A stretch of DNA of 64,000 nt from assembly GCF_009914755.1 (NCBI RefSeq), contig NC_060935.1; one strand, 5' to 3'. Position numbers and translations under genes: made by a program. Origin of the DNA: the human T2T-CHM13v2.0 reference genome, Homo sapiens. Below are positions 25,142 to 42,158 of the stretch, in pieces (the first letter of the stretch is position 1; each line of letters opens with the position of its first letter). Under the pieces are notes generated by a model. The model saw only the letters and a program-made list of their open reading frames with translations. It was not told the origin of the DNA and did no database searches.

Positions 25142-25727
25142 TTTTTTTTCTTTTTTTTATATATACTTAAGTTCTAGGGTACATGTGCATAATGTGCAGG
25201 TTGGATACATAGATATGCGTGTGCCATGTTGGTTTGCTGCACCCATCAACTTGTCATTTACATTAGGTATTTCTTCTAATGCTATCCCTCCCCCAGCCCC
25301 CCACCCACTGACAGGCCCCAGTGTATGATGTTCTCTGCCCCATGTCCAAGCGTTCTCATTGTTCAATTCCCACCTGTGAGTGAGAACATGCAGTGTTTGG
25401 TTTTCTGTCTTTGTGATAGTTTGCTCAGAATGATGGTTTCCAGCTTCATCCATGTCCCTGCAAAGGACATGAACTCATCCTTTTTAATGGCTGCATAGTA
25501 TCCCATGGTATATATGTGCCACATTCTCTTAATCCAGTCTGTCATTGATGGACATTTGGGTTGGTTCAAAGTCTTTGCTATTGTGAATACTGCCACAATA
25601 AACATACATGTGCATGTGTCTTTATAGTAGCACGATTTATAATCCTTTGGGTATATACCCTAAGACCTGGGACGCATTTAAAGCAGTGTGTAAAGAGACA
25701 TTTATAGCACTAAATGCCCACAAGAGA
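25142..25727 (-). mobile_element. L1PA 3' end (minus) joined to a short plus-strand L1 ORF2 fragment (~25663-25727)
   Basis: Poly-T then TATACTTAAGTTCTAGGGTACATGTGCA...GGGTATATACCC, followed by CTGGGACGCATTTAAAGCAGTGTGTA...CTAAATGCCCACAAGAGA. A short Alu 5' fragment (25086-25128) precedes it. Confidence 0.88.
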
Positions 25728-26172
25728 CCTCTGCCTGAGAACGTGGGTTTCAGCCTAAGAGTTGTAATATGTGTGCCCATTCACAGGTGCTGCATCAGAG
25801 TCCCAGGTGGGAAGAAGGCAAGCATACACAAAAATGGTAAAAGGCAGAAAGGAGCCCAGTCTCGTTCTTTTTAAGAAGTTTTCCTAAGAATCTCCACCCA
25901 GCGACTTGCTCTCACATCTTCTTGGCCAGCACTGGACCACACAACTCCTTCTAGATACAGAGGAGTCCTAGGATTCTATGAGAAAGAAGGGGAGGGTGGG
26001 CAAAGGGCAGCCAGCTGTGCAGCATCAGCTGGAGACACCTAACCCTTGGTGGAGGGGTTGTGGTGCTGGGAGAAGGCTTTCTGGACGGTGTGACAGCAGA
26101 GATAAACTTAAAGGCCAAGTAGGAGTTACCCTGGTGAAGCAGGGCAGGGTTACAAGCATTCCAGCAACATGA

Positions 26173-27700
<1,528 letters not shown>

Positions 27701-28664
27701 GGAGCTGGGCACAGGGCAGCAGGACTAATCCTTGGAACAGCTCAGGAAGGATTATCCCAGCCACTGTCAGCAGCGGTGCAGCTGGCTCATTCCCATATAG
27801 GGGGAGGCCAGAGCCAGGGGCCTGCCACAAGTTGGAAGGCTGGGGAAGGGGAGGCCAGCAGAGGTGTCCTGGCTGTGGGTGGCTCTGAGGGGGCTCTCAG
27901 GGGTGGGGCTAAATCTCAGGGGCAGGATTATGTAAATCAAACCAATTCTAGCCACAGATTTAAAGTTTGGAAAAAAAAAAAAAACCCAGCCTGGCGGAAA
28001 GAATTTAAATTATAAAAACTTAGAAGTATGGAATGTGAAATCATCCTGTAGGTGCTTATTTAACAACGAAATCATCCCGACACAATGAGCCATATGTGAA
28101 AAGTCATCCTTCCCCAACACATCCCCCAACAGGCACTCCTCAAGCCTCTCCCACCCAAGTGCTGGCATCCTCCCTGTCCTGCTTCACCTGAGACACCCCT
28201 TGTCTCATTAGATATGCAACTACGGGAGGGGTGACAGGAAGACAAGACACTATTTCCTCAGGCCCAGTTTGGTGTGGGGAGAAAGCCTCCTGATCCTGAA
28301 AGCAAGAATTTGACCAGAGCAGAAGTAATCAGTATGCAGATTGACTCTGTGGTATGTTAACGTTTATGCATAGATTATGAGGACCAGGTGAAAAGTGGGC
28401 CAGGGGAGCCAGATGTGTGTGTGAGTCATGGGTGGCTGAGATGAGGACAGGAGGGAAACTGGTTTGGAGGCTGCTGGCGATGGGGTGGGGGTGCCAGGAG
28501 GAAGGGAGGCAGTTGTTTGAATGTCTGCATGAAAAAGCGGAGGACAGCGGGGTCTGGGTGAATTCGGGCAACCATTTGGACCGTGGAGAAAACTGCCTGC
28601 GTGCGGCTGAGGACCTGCACTATTAATTTGTTTTTTAGCTAAGGCAAAGATAAATATAAAAACT

Positions 28665-29050
28665 GATACTCCATCCAGTTACCAGAAAACATTTAGGTAT
28701 GTGTGAGACAACTTGGGTATGTGAACCTACCTTTTCAATGTAAATTCAGTGAAATCTAAGTGCAGATCCCATATTTCCAATAAAAAGGTAACATCCAAAC
28801 TCAGATGTCCTATGAGTATAAAATACACAAAGATCTTCTGGACTTAGTATGAAAAGGGACTTTTTTTTTGTCAGGTACCTCACTAGTTATTTTTAAAATA
28901 GGATTGCATGTTGAAATGATAATCTTTTGGATATATTGGGTTAAATAAATTTATTATTAAAGTTAATTTCACTTAAAAATGTTTAATGTAGCTACTAGAA
29001 ATTTTAAAATTAAGCATGTTGCTCACCTTATGTTTCTATTGGACGGCTCT
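28665..29050. mobile_element. hAT-Charlie DNA transposon remnant
   Basis: AT-rich block ending TAGCTACTAGAAATTTTAAAATT...TTTCTATTGGACGGCTCT, a Charlie/MER33-type terminus. Confidence 0.6.
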
Positions 29051-29874
29051 CTCTAGATACAAAGGCTGCCAAGAGGGACCTCACTCTAGCTTCAGGGAGA
29101 AGAGAGGAATTAGCAAGGCCAAGCAGAGGCTCCTGAGGGCAGGGCCAAGGGCGGCTTGGTGGGGTGGGGATGGGATGCACAGAGATAACTCCAACCCTTA
29201 AGAAGGTGTTTCCTAGAGCAGGCTGTGACCTGTCAGTTTATATACTGAGGCTTAGGAGCCTCTTGGATGCCCCCAGATCTGCACCCCTGAATTGCCCTGT
29301 GCCCCTGCCGTCTTTGTTCCTGTGCTGGCATAGTGGTCTCACCTCCGGCAGTATCACCACCACTGGGCACAAGCTTCTCCAGCACAGCAACTGTGTCTTA
29401 TTTCTCCTTGTATTCCCAGTGTTCACACCATGCTGCACTCACAGAAGACTCTTCGTTGATATTTTGTGGACAGAGAGAATGCCTGTGAGAGTGGGCTGAA
29501 GTGTGCGTTGGGCTCCAGAGACCTTAAGGAGGGGAGACCAGGTCCTGAGTAAAGTTGAAGGGGAGGGGCTGAGTCCTGCTAGCCAGGAGTCTCATCCCCT
29601 GGGGAAGTTCCAGGGACCCCTCAGAAGTGCAAGGGGACGGTGTTAGTGTTAGTCCAGTAACACAGCCCAGAGCCTGCCTTCCACGTGGGTTTGACAGGAG
29701 CCTCCTAACTGCTCTTCTGCTTCCATTTTTGCCCCTTCAGTCTATTCTCAACAGGGAAGCCAGAGGCATCCTTAACCATGTCAGATCATGTGGCTCCTCA
29801 GCTCAAAGCCTCATCTCAGAGGAAAGCTCTGGTCCCTTAGAAATGGCCCAGGTGGTGACAGACAGACTCTAAGG

Positions 29875-31915
<2,041 letters not shown>

Positions 31916-32258
31916 GGAGTCACACAGCCTGTGACGCCCCAACAATCCACACCTCCTGCATCTCCCTGCCTTCACTTCCTAGCACACTGCCCTGACTCCC
32001 TCTGCCGCAGCCACGCTGGCCCTCTGCTGTTCTTCGAAGCCACCAGGGCTGCATTGGCTCCCAGCCTTTGCTCTCACTGCTTTCTCCTCCTAGAGAGCCC
32101 TTCCTGCATGTATATGTTTGACTCACTCCCTTGCCTCCTTCAGACTTGTACTTAAAAATCTCAGTAAGCATTTCCCTGGCTACCCTTTTAAAAATTGCAA
32201 CCCACTTCCATCCCCATCCCCAACATGCCATATTTCCTTTCTTCTTCTTCCTTCTTCC

Positions 32259-32355
32259 TTTTTTTTTTTTTTTTTTTTTTGACACAGGTTCTCTGTCACC
32301 CAGCCTGGAGTGCAGTGACATGATCTCGGCTCACTGCAACCTCTGCCTCCCCAGG
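32259..32355 (-). mobile_element. Alu 3' fragment
   Basis: Poly-T followed by CTGGAGTGCAGTGACATGATCTCGGCTCACTGCAACCTCTGCCTCCC. Confidence 0.88.
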
Positions 32356-33009
32356 CAAGAAAAGGGGAGGATGCCAATAAAGGATGCATTGATTTGTATT
32401 TACTACAGTGGACATCAAGGGCACATTCTTGCTGTGGCCATCAAGAGACTGTATAAATTCTATGACTTGTAGTTGTCCCACTTAAGAAACAAAGAAGCTG
32501 TGCATTTCTTTACTGAATCTAGAGCTGCTCTAGGGCATTTTCTCTACAGCAATTCTAGGTTTCCCCACCTTGTGAGTTTAGCTTTTTCTATATTCAAAGA
32601 AAAGTCCTCAGCCAGAGATTCTCAGGAGCTTATAGAACAATCCAAACTCTTGGGAATATTAAGTGGAGAGGGGTATGTGCAAGACACCAACAGCACTAGA
32701 AACAGTCCACATCTTTCCATGCGTGGAGGAGTTTATGCTCTATGTGAGTTCACTCCATCATTAATTCTTCAAACACAAGAGTGTTAAAGGAACAAGAGTT
32801 AATGGGTCCTGTCATTACACTTGTTCCCAGGATGACATTCATCATCTTCCTCTTCTACAACCTGTTCTATATTCCCCTTATGTTTATCCAGTGCTTCTGC
32901 TAGTCTAGTTCACTTCCAAAGACCCATGATTACCATGGCCCTGTCAGGCTGTAATTGCTGCAATTTCCAATTTACAATTGTCATCATCTATGGTTGATAA
33001 AGGTATAGC

Positions 33010-33900
33010 AGTATTTCTATTTCCTCATGATAATGAAGGTCAATTACAACTGCCAGTATAATAACTTATTTCTTTGTCTGCCAACCTACATACACAAGGA
33101 AGCCAAAATGACAGGGAGCTACTAAAACTTTATGCTTATTGGAATGCTTACTATGTACCCAGAAGAAGCATTCTCCCTACTCCAGCAGAGCTTAATGCTG
33201 TAGGTCCAGGAAGCTCAAATTCTCCAAGGGAGTTTTAGTGAGAGGAGCCACTCTCACCCTCTGCCCTTGGTTTACAAACCTGTATATTCTAGGACCCAAT
33301 ATCTTACAATGTCCATTGGTTCCAAGTATAACATGTTAAAGCACAGAGCCCCAACTCTGAAAAGTACCATCCCTAAATTGGCACTTAGTTGCACCTTTAT
33401 ATCCACCTTTAAAAGAAATATCTTTTAATGTTCTATCAGACTGATAGATTCTGTTTAATATAGTGTATTATAGCACCAGTGGATCATTTGGTTGTATGCA
33501 TATTATTGTACCTTCTCTGCTACAAAATATATTCCTTTGTCCTAAGGTGTGTTACAAAGAACATTAGGCATTCTATGCATCTTTGGATAGTTTAATGGCC
33601 AAGGCATTGATGGCAGGAGAGTCAAAGCCACAGGTGGAAAACACATTTATCCCAGTAAGAACAAATTGCTATTCTTCCACTGTAGAGAGGGTAAACAATG
33701 TGCCATTACGTTGCCAATTGAATGCCTCAATCATGTCAAGGGCTGAACATCTATGACTGTTTCTGAAAGGTCAAACATTCAACAGAGGCTGTAGCTAGAA
33801 CTGCCTTAATGATAAGAGATCATGATGAATTACCCATGCAAAACCTTAATACTTGACACTTATCACTACTTTATTCAAGAGCCTATTGTGCAAGCATAAG
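33010..33900 (-). mobile_element. ERVL internal pol (integrase) remnant
   Basis: Minus-strand translation gives FVLTGINVFSTCGF and DKGIYFVAEKVQ*YAYNQMIHW...SLIEH, resembling ERVL integrase DDE segments with stops. Confidence 0.65.
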
Positions 33901-34869
33901 TGGCTGAGTCAGGTTCTCAACTCTGCTCATTAATACTATGCTTGGAGTATACAGTAAGATAAGAAACATAAATAAGAAGTGTACATTTGTTTCTTCCTGT
34001 TTTCTTCTGGCTATTGGATCAATTACATCCCATCTTAAGCTGACCCCTGTGTAATTAATCAATATCCGTTTTAAGCAGCAATCCATAGTTGTGCAGAAAT
34101 TAGAAAACTGACCCACACAGAAAAACTAATTGTGAGAACCAATATTACACTAAATTCATTTGACAATTCTCAGCAAAGTGCTGGGTTGATCTCTATTTAT
34201 GCTTTTCTTAAACACACAAAATACAAAAGTTAACCCATATGGAATGCAATGGAGGAAATCAATGACATATCAGATCTAGAAACTAATCAATTAGCAATCA
34301 GGAAGGAGTTGCGGTAGGAAGTCTGTGCTGTTGAATGTACACTAATCAATGATTCCTTAAATTATTCACAATAAAAAAAAAAGATTAGAATAGTTTTTTT
34401 AAAAAAAAGCCCAGAAACTAATCTAAGTTTTGTCTGGTAATAAAGGCATATTTTCAAAAGAGAGGTAAATAGATCCACATACTGTGGAGGGAATAAAATA
34501 CTTTTTGAAAAACAAACAACAAGTTGGATTTTTAGACACATAGAAATTGAATATGTACATTTATAAATATTTTTGGATTGAACTATTTCAAAATTATACC
34601 ATAAAATAACTTGTAAAAATGTAGGCAAAATGTATATAATTATGGCATGAGGTATGCAACTTTAAGCAAGGAAGCAAAAGCAGAAACCATGAAAAAAGTC
34701 TAAATTTTACCATATTGAATTTAAATTTTCAAAAACAAAAATAAAGACAAAGTGGGAAAAATATGTATGCTTCATGTGTGACAAGCCACTGATACCTATT
34801 AAATATGAAGAATATTATAAATCATATTAATAACCACAACATTCAAGCTGTCAGTTTGAATAGACAATG

Positions 34870-36465
34870 TAAATGACAAAACTACATACTCAACAAGATA
34901 ACAGCAAACCAGCTTCGACAGCACGTTAAAGGGGTCATACAACATAATCGAGTAGAATTTATCTCTGAGATGCAAGAATGGTTCAAAATATGGAAATCAA
35001 TAAATGTGATATGCCACACTAACAGAATAAAAAATAAAAATCATATTATCATCTCAATAGATGCAGAAAAAGCATTAACAAAAGTAAACATTCTTTCATA
35101 ATAAGACATCAGATAAAACAAATTAGGAATAGAAGGAATGTACCGCAACACAATAAAGGCCATATATAACAAGCCCACAGCTAACATCATAATAGTAAAA
35201 TCATCACAATGGTAAAAAAAATGAAAGCTTTTCCTCTAAGGTCAGAAATAATATAAAGGTTCCCACTCTTGCTATTTCTATTCCATATAGTACTAAAAGT
35301 CCTAGCCAGGACAATTAGACAAAATAAAAATAAAAACACCCAAATTGGAAAGATAGAAGCAAACTTTTCTGTTTACAGATAACATAATCTTATATGTAGA
35401 AACCCCTTAAAACTTCAGCAAAAAAAAAAAAAAAAAAAACTACAGAGCTAGTAAATTCAGTGAAGTTGCAGAATACAAAATCAACATACAAAAATCAGTA
35501 GTGTCTCTATACACTAATAAGGACTTAACAGAGAAAGAAGTTAAGAAAACAATACCACTAACAATAGAATCCAAAAAATAAAATACTTAGGAATAAATTT
35601 TACCAAACATCTGTACACTAAAAACTATAAAACATTGAAAAAAGAAGTTGAATAAGACACATATAAATAGAAAGCTATCTCATGTTAATAGATTAGAAAA
35701 AGTAATATTGTTAAGATGTCCTCACTACTTAAAGCAATTTATAGATCTAATGCATTTATTGCAATCTCTTCAAAATCCCAAAGGTATTTTTGACAGAAAT
35801 AAAAAAAAAATTCTAAAATATGCATGAAACCACAAAAGACTGTGAATAGCTAAAGCAATCTTGAGCAAGATGAACAACACTGGAAGCATCACACTACCTT
35901 ATTTCAAAATCTACTACAAAGCTATAGTGATCAAAGCAACATGATACTGTCATAAAAACACATAGATAAACCTATGGAATGGAATAAAGAGCACAGAAAT
36001 AAGTCCACACATTTACATTCAATTGATTTTCAACAACAATGTCAAGAAGACAATGGGGAAAAGACAATCTCTTCAATAAATGATGCTGGAAAAACTATAT
36101 ATCCACATGCAGAAGAATGCAGTTGAATCCTGATTTCATACCATATGCAAAATTCAACTGGAAATGGATTAAATACAAATTTAAAACATGAAATGGTATA
36201 ACTATTAGAACAAAACATAGAAAATATTCTTCCTGACATTGGTTTGGGCCATCATTTTTCTGATATGACTCTAAAAGCACAGGCAAAAAAAGAAAAAATA
36301 GACAGATGAGACTATGTCAAATTAAAAAATTTCTAACAACAAAAGAAACGATCAATAGAGTGAAAAAGATAACCTCTTGAATGGGAGAAATATTTGCAAA
36401 CTACTCATCCAACTGGGGATTGATATCCAGAATATACAAGTAACACAAATATGTCAAAAGTAAAA

Positions 36466-36512
<47 letters not shown>

Positions 36513-37395
36513 AATAAATTATTTAAAAATCGGCAGAGGACAGGAATAGACATTTCTCAGGAGACAACATACAAAGGGCCACAGATACATCAAAAAATGC
36601 TCAACATCACTATTTGTCAGGGAAGTACTAATTAAAACCAAAATGAGATGTCCCCTCAAACCTGTTAGAATGGCTCTTATCAAAAAGATGAAAGATAGCA
36701 ACTATCAGAGAGGATGATAGAAAAGGGAACCCTTGTATCATGTACAAATTAAAAATAGAACTATCACATGATCCAAGAATCCTACTTCTGGGTATATAGC
36801 CAAAGGAATTGAAATCAATATGTCAAAGGGATATCTGCACTCCTATGTTATTGCAGCATGTTCACAATGGCCAAGATATAGAATCAACCTAACTGTTCAT
36901 AGACAGATGAATGGATAAATGAAATGTGATATGGAAAATTATTCAGCCTTAAAAACAGTAGGAAATTCTGTCATTTGAGACAACGTGGATGAACCTAGAG
37001 GACATTAAGCTAAGTGAAATAAGCTAGACACAGAAAGACAAATATTGCATGATCTCACTTAGAATCTAAAAAATCTGAACTCATAGAAGCAGAGAATAGT
37101 ATGATGGTTACTAGGGTTATCTGGCAGGGAGAGGATGAGGAAATGGGACATTGTTAATAAAAGGAAAAAAAATTCAATTAGTAGGATTACATTCAGGGGA
37201 CCCAATATACGACATGTTGACTGTAATTAATAATGTATTGTATGCTTGAAAATTGCTAATACAGTATATTATAAATGTTAATATGAGGTAATATATGTGT
37301 TAATTAACTTGATTTATTCATTCAACAACATACACATATATTAAAACATCACACTGTATTCCACAAATATATATAATTTTTGTCAATTAAAAAAT
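34870..37395 (+). mobile_element. L1MA (ORF2 3' half + 3' UTR), degenerate, with (AAAT)n at ~36463-36515
   Basis: ATCATCTCAATAGATGCAGAAAAAGCATT, AAGCCCACAGCTAACATCAT and TACTACAAAGCTATAGT ORF2 segments; L1M 3' UTR ending TGTCAATTAAAAAATAA. Confidence 0.92.
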
Positions 37396-38048
37396 AATTT
37401 TTAAAAATGAGAAACAAAAAAGCTGACATTTTCAGATTAAAAAAATTATACAGAAGAATTAATTCATTAAAGTAAAAACAAATGTGGGAAAATGGTTTTT
37501 AAATATAATTTAAACCAAATTTAAAATAAGCATAAAAAGACTATGGACAAAACAAGAAATCCAAATAAAAAATAAACATATGAAGAATATTCAAACTCAC
37601 TTTTTATCAAAGAAATGTAAATTTTAAAATATAGCATTGCTATTGTGTTTTCATAAATAATAATATATCATGGATGAGCCTGTGAGGAAACAGACACTCA
37701 TACTCTGCAAAGCAATGACTAAGATAATTATGTCAGATGATGAATTACGTTAATTAGCTTGATGGTGGTCACTGTTTCACGATAAATATACATATGTATC
37801 AAAACATCACATTACACACCATAAAGATATATAACTTGTTATCAAAAAGAAATATAGCAGTTAAAATTTAAAATTTTTAAAAAACGTCTTTTTGAGGTTC
37901 GTACCTCACTTAAGTCACACTGTTCAAAATATTCATGCACTCATTTCTCTCATTCATGTGTTAATGTACAGGGTACGGGCCACTATAAATTCCTTCAGCA
38001 ACTGGAAAGGAAACTTTATGTACTGAGTGCTCAGAGTTGTATTAACTA

Positions 38049-38140
38049 TTTTTTTTTTTTTTGAGCAGCAGCAAGATTTATTGTGAAGAGTGAAAGAACA
38101 AAGCTTCCACAGTGTGGAAGGGGACCCGAGCGGTTTGCCC
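38049..38140 (-). mobile_element. Polyadenylated LTR12 (ERV9) 3' fragment flanked by a 13-bp TSD
   Basis: Minus strand ...CCCCTTCCACACTGTGGAAGCTTTGTTCTTTCACTCTTCACAATAAATCTTGCTGCTGCTC-(A)14; AGTTGTATTAACT at 38035-38047 and 38141-38153. Confidence 0.85.
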
Positions 38141-38529
38141 AGTTGTATTAACTTCTAATTCAACACTTTAAGATTCTTAGCATTATTGCAGACAACATCA
38201 GCTTCACAAGTGTGTGTCCTGTGCAGTTGAACAAGATCCCACACTTAAAAGGATCCTACACTTTTTTTAATGCTCTGCTGTTTCTGCCTTGAAATTCTTA
38301 ACAATTTTTTTAACCGAAGTCCTCACAAATTCAGTTTACATTAGCCCTGCAATCATGTAGACATCCTGATTCCAGACAATGTGTCTGGAGGCAGGGTTTA
38401 CAGGACTTCAAGAACCTTACCTTCTCAACTTTCATCTGCATCTTTACTCCCAACTATATATGAAGATGATGAAGATAGATATGGATGGTGCTTCTACCAT
38501 ACCCTCTTCCTCTGCCAAACTTCCTTGAT

Positions 38530-38740
38530 CTAGGATAAGGTCAGTAAACTTCTTCCGTAAAAGGCCAAAAGTAAATATTATAGGCTCTACAGGCCCTAGA
38601 GTGTCTGTCATAACTACTCAACTCTTATTGTAGCATAAAAACTGTCAACAGACAATACAGAAACAAATGAGTGTGACTGGGTTCCAGTGAAACTTTATTT
38701 ACAAAAGATTTGTCCCATGAGTCAAATTTACCACCTCCAG
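38530..38740 (+). mobile_element. MER58A-like hAT MITE
   Basis: AAACTTCTTCCGTAAAAGGCCAAAAGTAAATATT...CTACTCAACTCT...GTTCCAGTGAAACTTTATTTACAAAA. Confidence 0.75.
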
Positions 38741-40054
38741 ATCTAGAGAAACACTTTTGAGCCCTTTTATTTTGCTCAACAGTTAAGCATGGCTCCATGT
38801 CCCTTATATTTAGTCAGAACTCGGTATGTTTTAAGGAAAGAATGGTTACACAAAGACATACATTCATTCATTTATACAACACATTTTCAGTGTTGAATGA
38901 TAAATTTTGGAATAGTTAACAGATGATAAAAGTGTTGGTTTCAGTCATCCCTATCCAATGAAGTAAAAAAAAAAGTGTTGAATGGGAAGAAATCAAGAAT
39001 AGTTATACGAATATCACCATTGCATTAAAGCTCTCTTCCTTGTTTCTAAAAGAATATCTTGACACACATTAAGCTCACTGACCCCCACACCATGAATGAG
39101 GGCATCTTCAACAATGGTGGATGACGTCTTAGTTTCCCTCAACTCAGTTAATCTAAGTAAGCTCATGGTATCACTTTCCTGTCCTAGAGGGAACATATTT
39201 CCTGCATTTTTCTTTTTTTCCTTACTTTCCATCACCAAGTAACTCTTCTGATATTTTTTCTCTTGAGAAAATTAATATGACTCATAGATCTGGTTCCCAA
39301 GAGAAATCAATGGAGGCCTGGTTACAAGGATCTAAGAAGCATCAATGGGTCACTAACATCTAGTGGTACTAATTAACTCTGTTAATCATTGGGAAGAAAA
39401 TGTATATATACTTTTGTCTTGGAGCTGATTCTACTAGAAAGCAGAAATCAAAATGATCAGTTTCCCAGTGTCACTACTGCACACCCTGGAACAGAACAGG
39501 TAGGTCAGAAAAACGCTCCCAAAGTTTAGCAATGTCAAGGCAATCTCTCTCTTCTTACATTTCCCTTCAACCTTCTATCTCCTCCACTTTTCTGTTTTCC
39601 TCCTATCTCCAATTATTTCAATCCTCAGAGCATTATTCTTACAGTCTTAATCACTAAATTATATTACACCCGTTAAAGGAGAGATTTCTAAATGCATTGA
39701 CATTTGTACTGTCTCTCTTTGGAGAATTAGTATTATAAGGATCTGTTATCTCTTGTCACCTTCCTTATGTCATATGATATGTCACATTTCCCACTGCGGA
39801 GACCAAACATGTTCACATCGTGTGCGTTACATTTTCCTAATGGAAAGTGGGGGGAAGTGATTTTCTGTCCTCATATAGAGAATGCTGGGGCCATTCCCTC
39901 TGTATGCCATATTTGATAAAGCATTTGATAATCTTAGTCAATGCCTGGGCCAAGAATTAAAGGGGTAATTATCAGAATGAAAATGGTTTAATGAAACTGT
40001 GTCTATCAGTTCTGAAAAGGGCCTCTATCACAATGAACTAAGGTAGTTATGAAT

Positions 40055-41180
40055 AGAGCTAAAACTTAGGCAACACCATCCTGGACATAGGAACGGGCAA
40101 AGATTTCATGACAAAGACACGGAAACCAATCACAACAAAAGCAAAAATTGAGAAGTGGAATCTAATAAAACAATAGCTTCTGCACAGCAAAAGAAGCTAC
40201 CAACAAAGTAAACAGACAACCTACAGAATGGGAGAAAATATTTGCCAACTGTAAGTCTGACAAAAATCTAATATCTGGCAGCTATAAGGAACTTAAATTT
40301 ACAAGACAAAAACAACCCCATTAAAAAGTGGGCAAAGAACATGAATAGACACTCTCAAAAGAAGATATACATATGGTTAACAAGCATATGAAAAAAAAGC
40401 TCAATATACTGAGCATTAGAGAAATGCAAATCAAAACCATATTGAGATATCATCTCATACCAGGCAGAATGGCTATTATTAAAAAGTCAAAAATAACAGA
40501 TATCGGTGAGGTTACAGAGAAAAGGGAACACTTATACACTGTTGGTGGGACTGTAAATTATTTCAACCATTGTGGAAAGCAGCATGGGATGGCGATTCCT
40601 CAAAAAGCCAAAAACAGAACTGTCATTCAACCCAGCAATTCCATTACTGGGTATATACCCAGAAGAATATAAATCGTTCTACCATAAAGACGCATGCATG
40701 AGAATGTTCATTGCAGCACTACTCACAATAGCAGAGACATGGAATCAACTTAAATGCCCATCAGTAACAGACTGGATAAAGAAAGTGTGGTACTGATACA
40801 CCGTGGATTACTATGCAGCCATAAAAAAGAACAAGATCATGTCTTTGACAGGAACATGGATGGAGCTGGAGGCTACTATCCTTAGCAAGCTAAGGCAGGA
40901 ACAGAAATCCAAATACCACATGTTCTCACTTATGAGCGTGAGATAAATGATGAGAACTTGTAAACACAAAGAAGGAAACAACAGGCAGTGGGGTCTACTT
41001 GAGGACGACGGGAAGAGGGAGAGGAGCAGAAAAGATAACTACTGACTACCGGGCGCTACCTGGGGGATGAAACAATCTGTACAACGAACCCCCAGGACAT
41101 GAGTTTACCTATGTAACAAACCTTCACGTGTACCCCCGAACCTAAAATAAAAGTCAAAAAAAAAAGAAAAAAAGAAAAAT
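40055..41180 (+). mobile_element. Old L1PA/L1PB 5'-truncated copy (end of ORF2 + 3' UTR + A tail)
   Basis: GGCAAAGATTTCATGAC...CCCAGCAATTCCATTACTGGGTATATACCC...ACCTAAAATAAAAG followed by an A-rich tail. Confidence 0.93.
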
Positions 41181-42120
41181 CCATGCATATGATACATCAG
41201 TTAACAAGGCACTGGTGAAATTAATTTTAAGTATTATTGTCTCTTTGTGTTTTTGGTCTCAGAAAAGTTACGATTTCCCTTAGTTCCTTAGGGCAGAGAG
41301 AATCTTCAATCACTGAAGTCAGGAGACACACATTCTATCTGATTTTCTACATTATCTGTTTGAAAAGGTTACCCACTTATTAGTGTTAAAGCCAAGATAT
41401 CCAGCAAGGATAGCAACCAACTCTTAAGGTACTCTCCCTTAGGAGGATTCCTGATTCTTTAATGTTTTCTAAAAAAGCAAAACAAACAAACAAAACAAAA
41501 CACTAAATGTTTTCTCTTTCAACTTATTTGAATACACTCTTTTCTCACTGCTCTGAGCATGAATTCAATATTTCAGGGCAAACTAACTGAATGTTAGAAC
41601 CAACTCCTGATAAGTCTTGAACAAAAGATAGGATCCTCTATAAACAGGTTAATCGCCACGACATAGTAGTATTTAGAGTTACTAGTAAGCCTGATGCCAC
41701 TACACAATTCTAGCTTTTCTCTTTAGGATGATTGTTTCATTCAGTCTTATCTCTTTTAGAAAACATAGGAAAAAATTATTTAATAATAAAATTTAATTGG
41801 CAAAATGAAGGTATGGCTTATAAGAGTGTTTTCCTATTGTTTTCAGTGTAGGACTCACTGTTCTAAATAACTGGGACACCCAAGGATTCTGTAAAATGCC
41901 ATCCAGTTATCATTTATATTCCCTAACTCAAAATTCATTCCATGTATTCATTTTTTTCTAAACAAATTAGCATGTAGAATTCTGGTTAAAATTTGGCATA
42001 GAACACCCGGGTATTTTTTCATAATGCACCCAATAACTGTCATTCACTAATTGAGAATGGTGATTTAACAAAGGATAATAAAGTTATGAAACCAATGCCA
42101 CAAAACATCTGTCTCTAACT

Positions 42121-42121
<1 letters not shown>

Positions 42122-42152
<31 letters not shown>
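42122..42152. repeat. (GT)n microsatellite
   Basis: About 15 GT units. Confidence 0.97.

Positions 42153-42158
<6 letters not shown>

Noticed and set aside
25663-25727. Twin-priming inversion for the L1 at 25142
   Set aside because: Opposite orientation fits, but the fragment is from a distant ORF2 region and I could not find a flanking TSD.
25157-25874. ORFs within L1 and Alu elements here and elsewhere (e.g. 40373, 51152, 62701)
   Set aside because: Translations of degenerate repeat fragments; no intact L1 ORF1 or ORF2 exists in the window.
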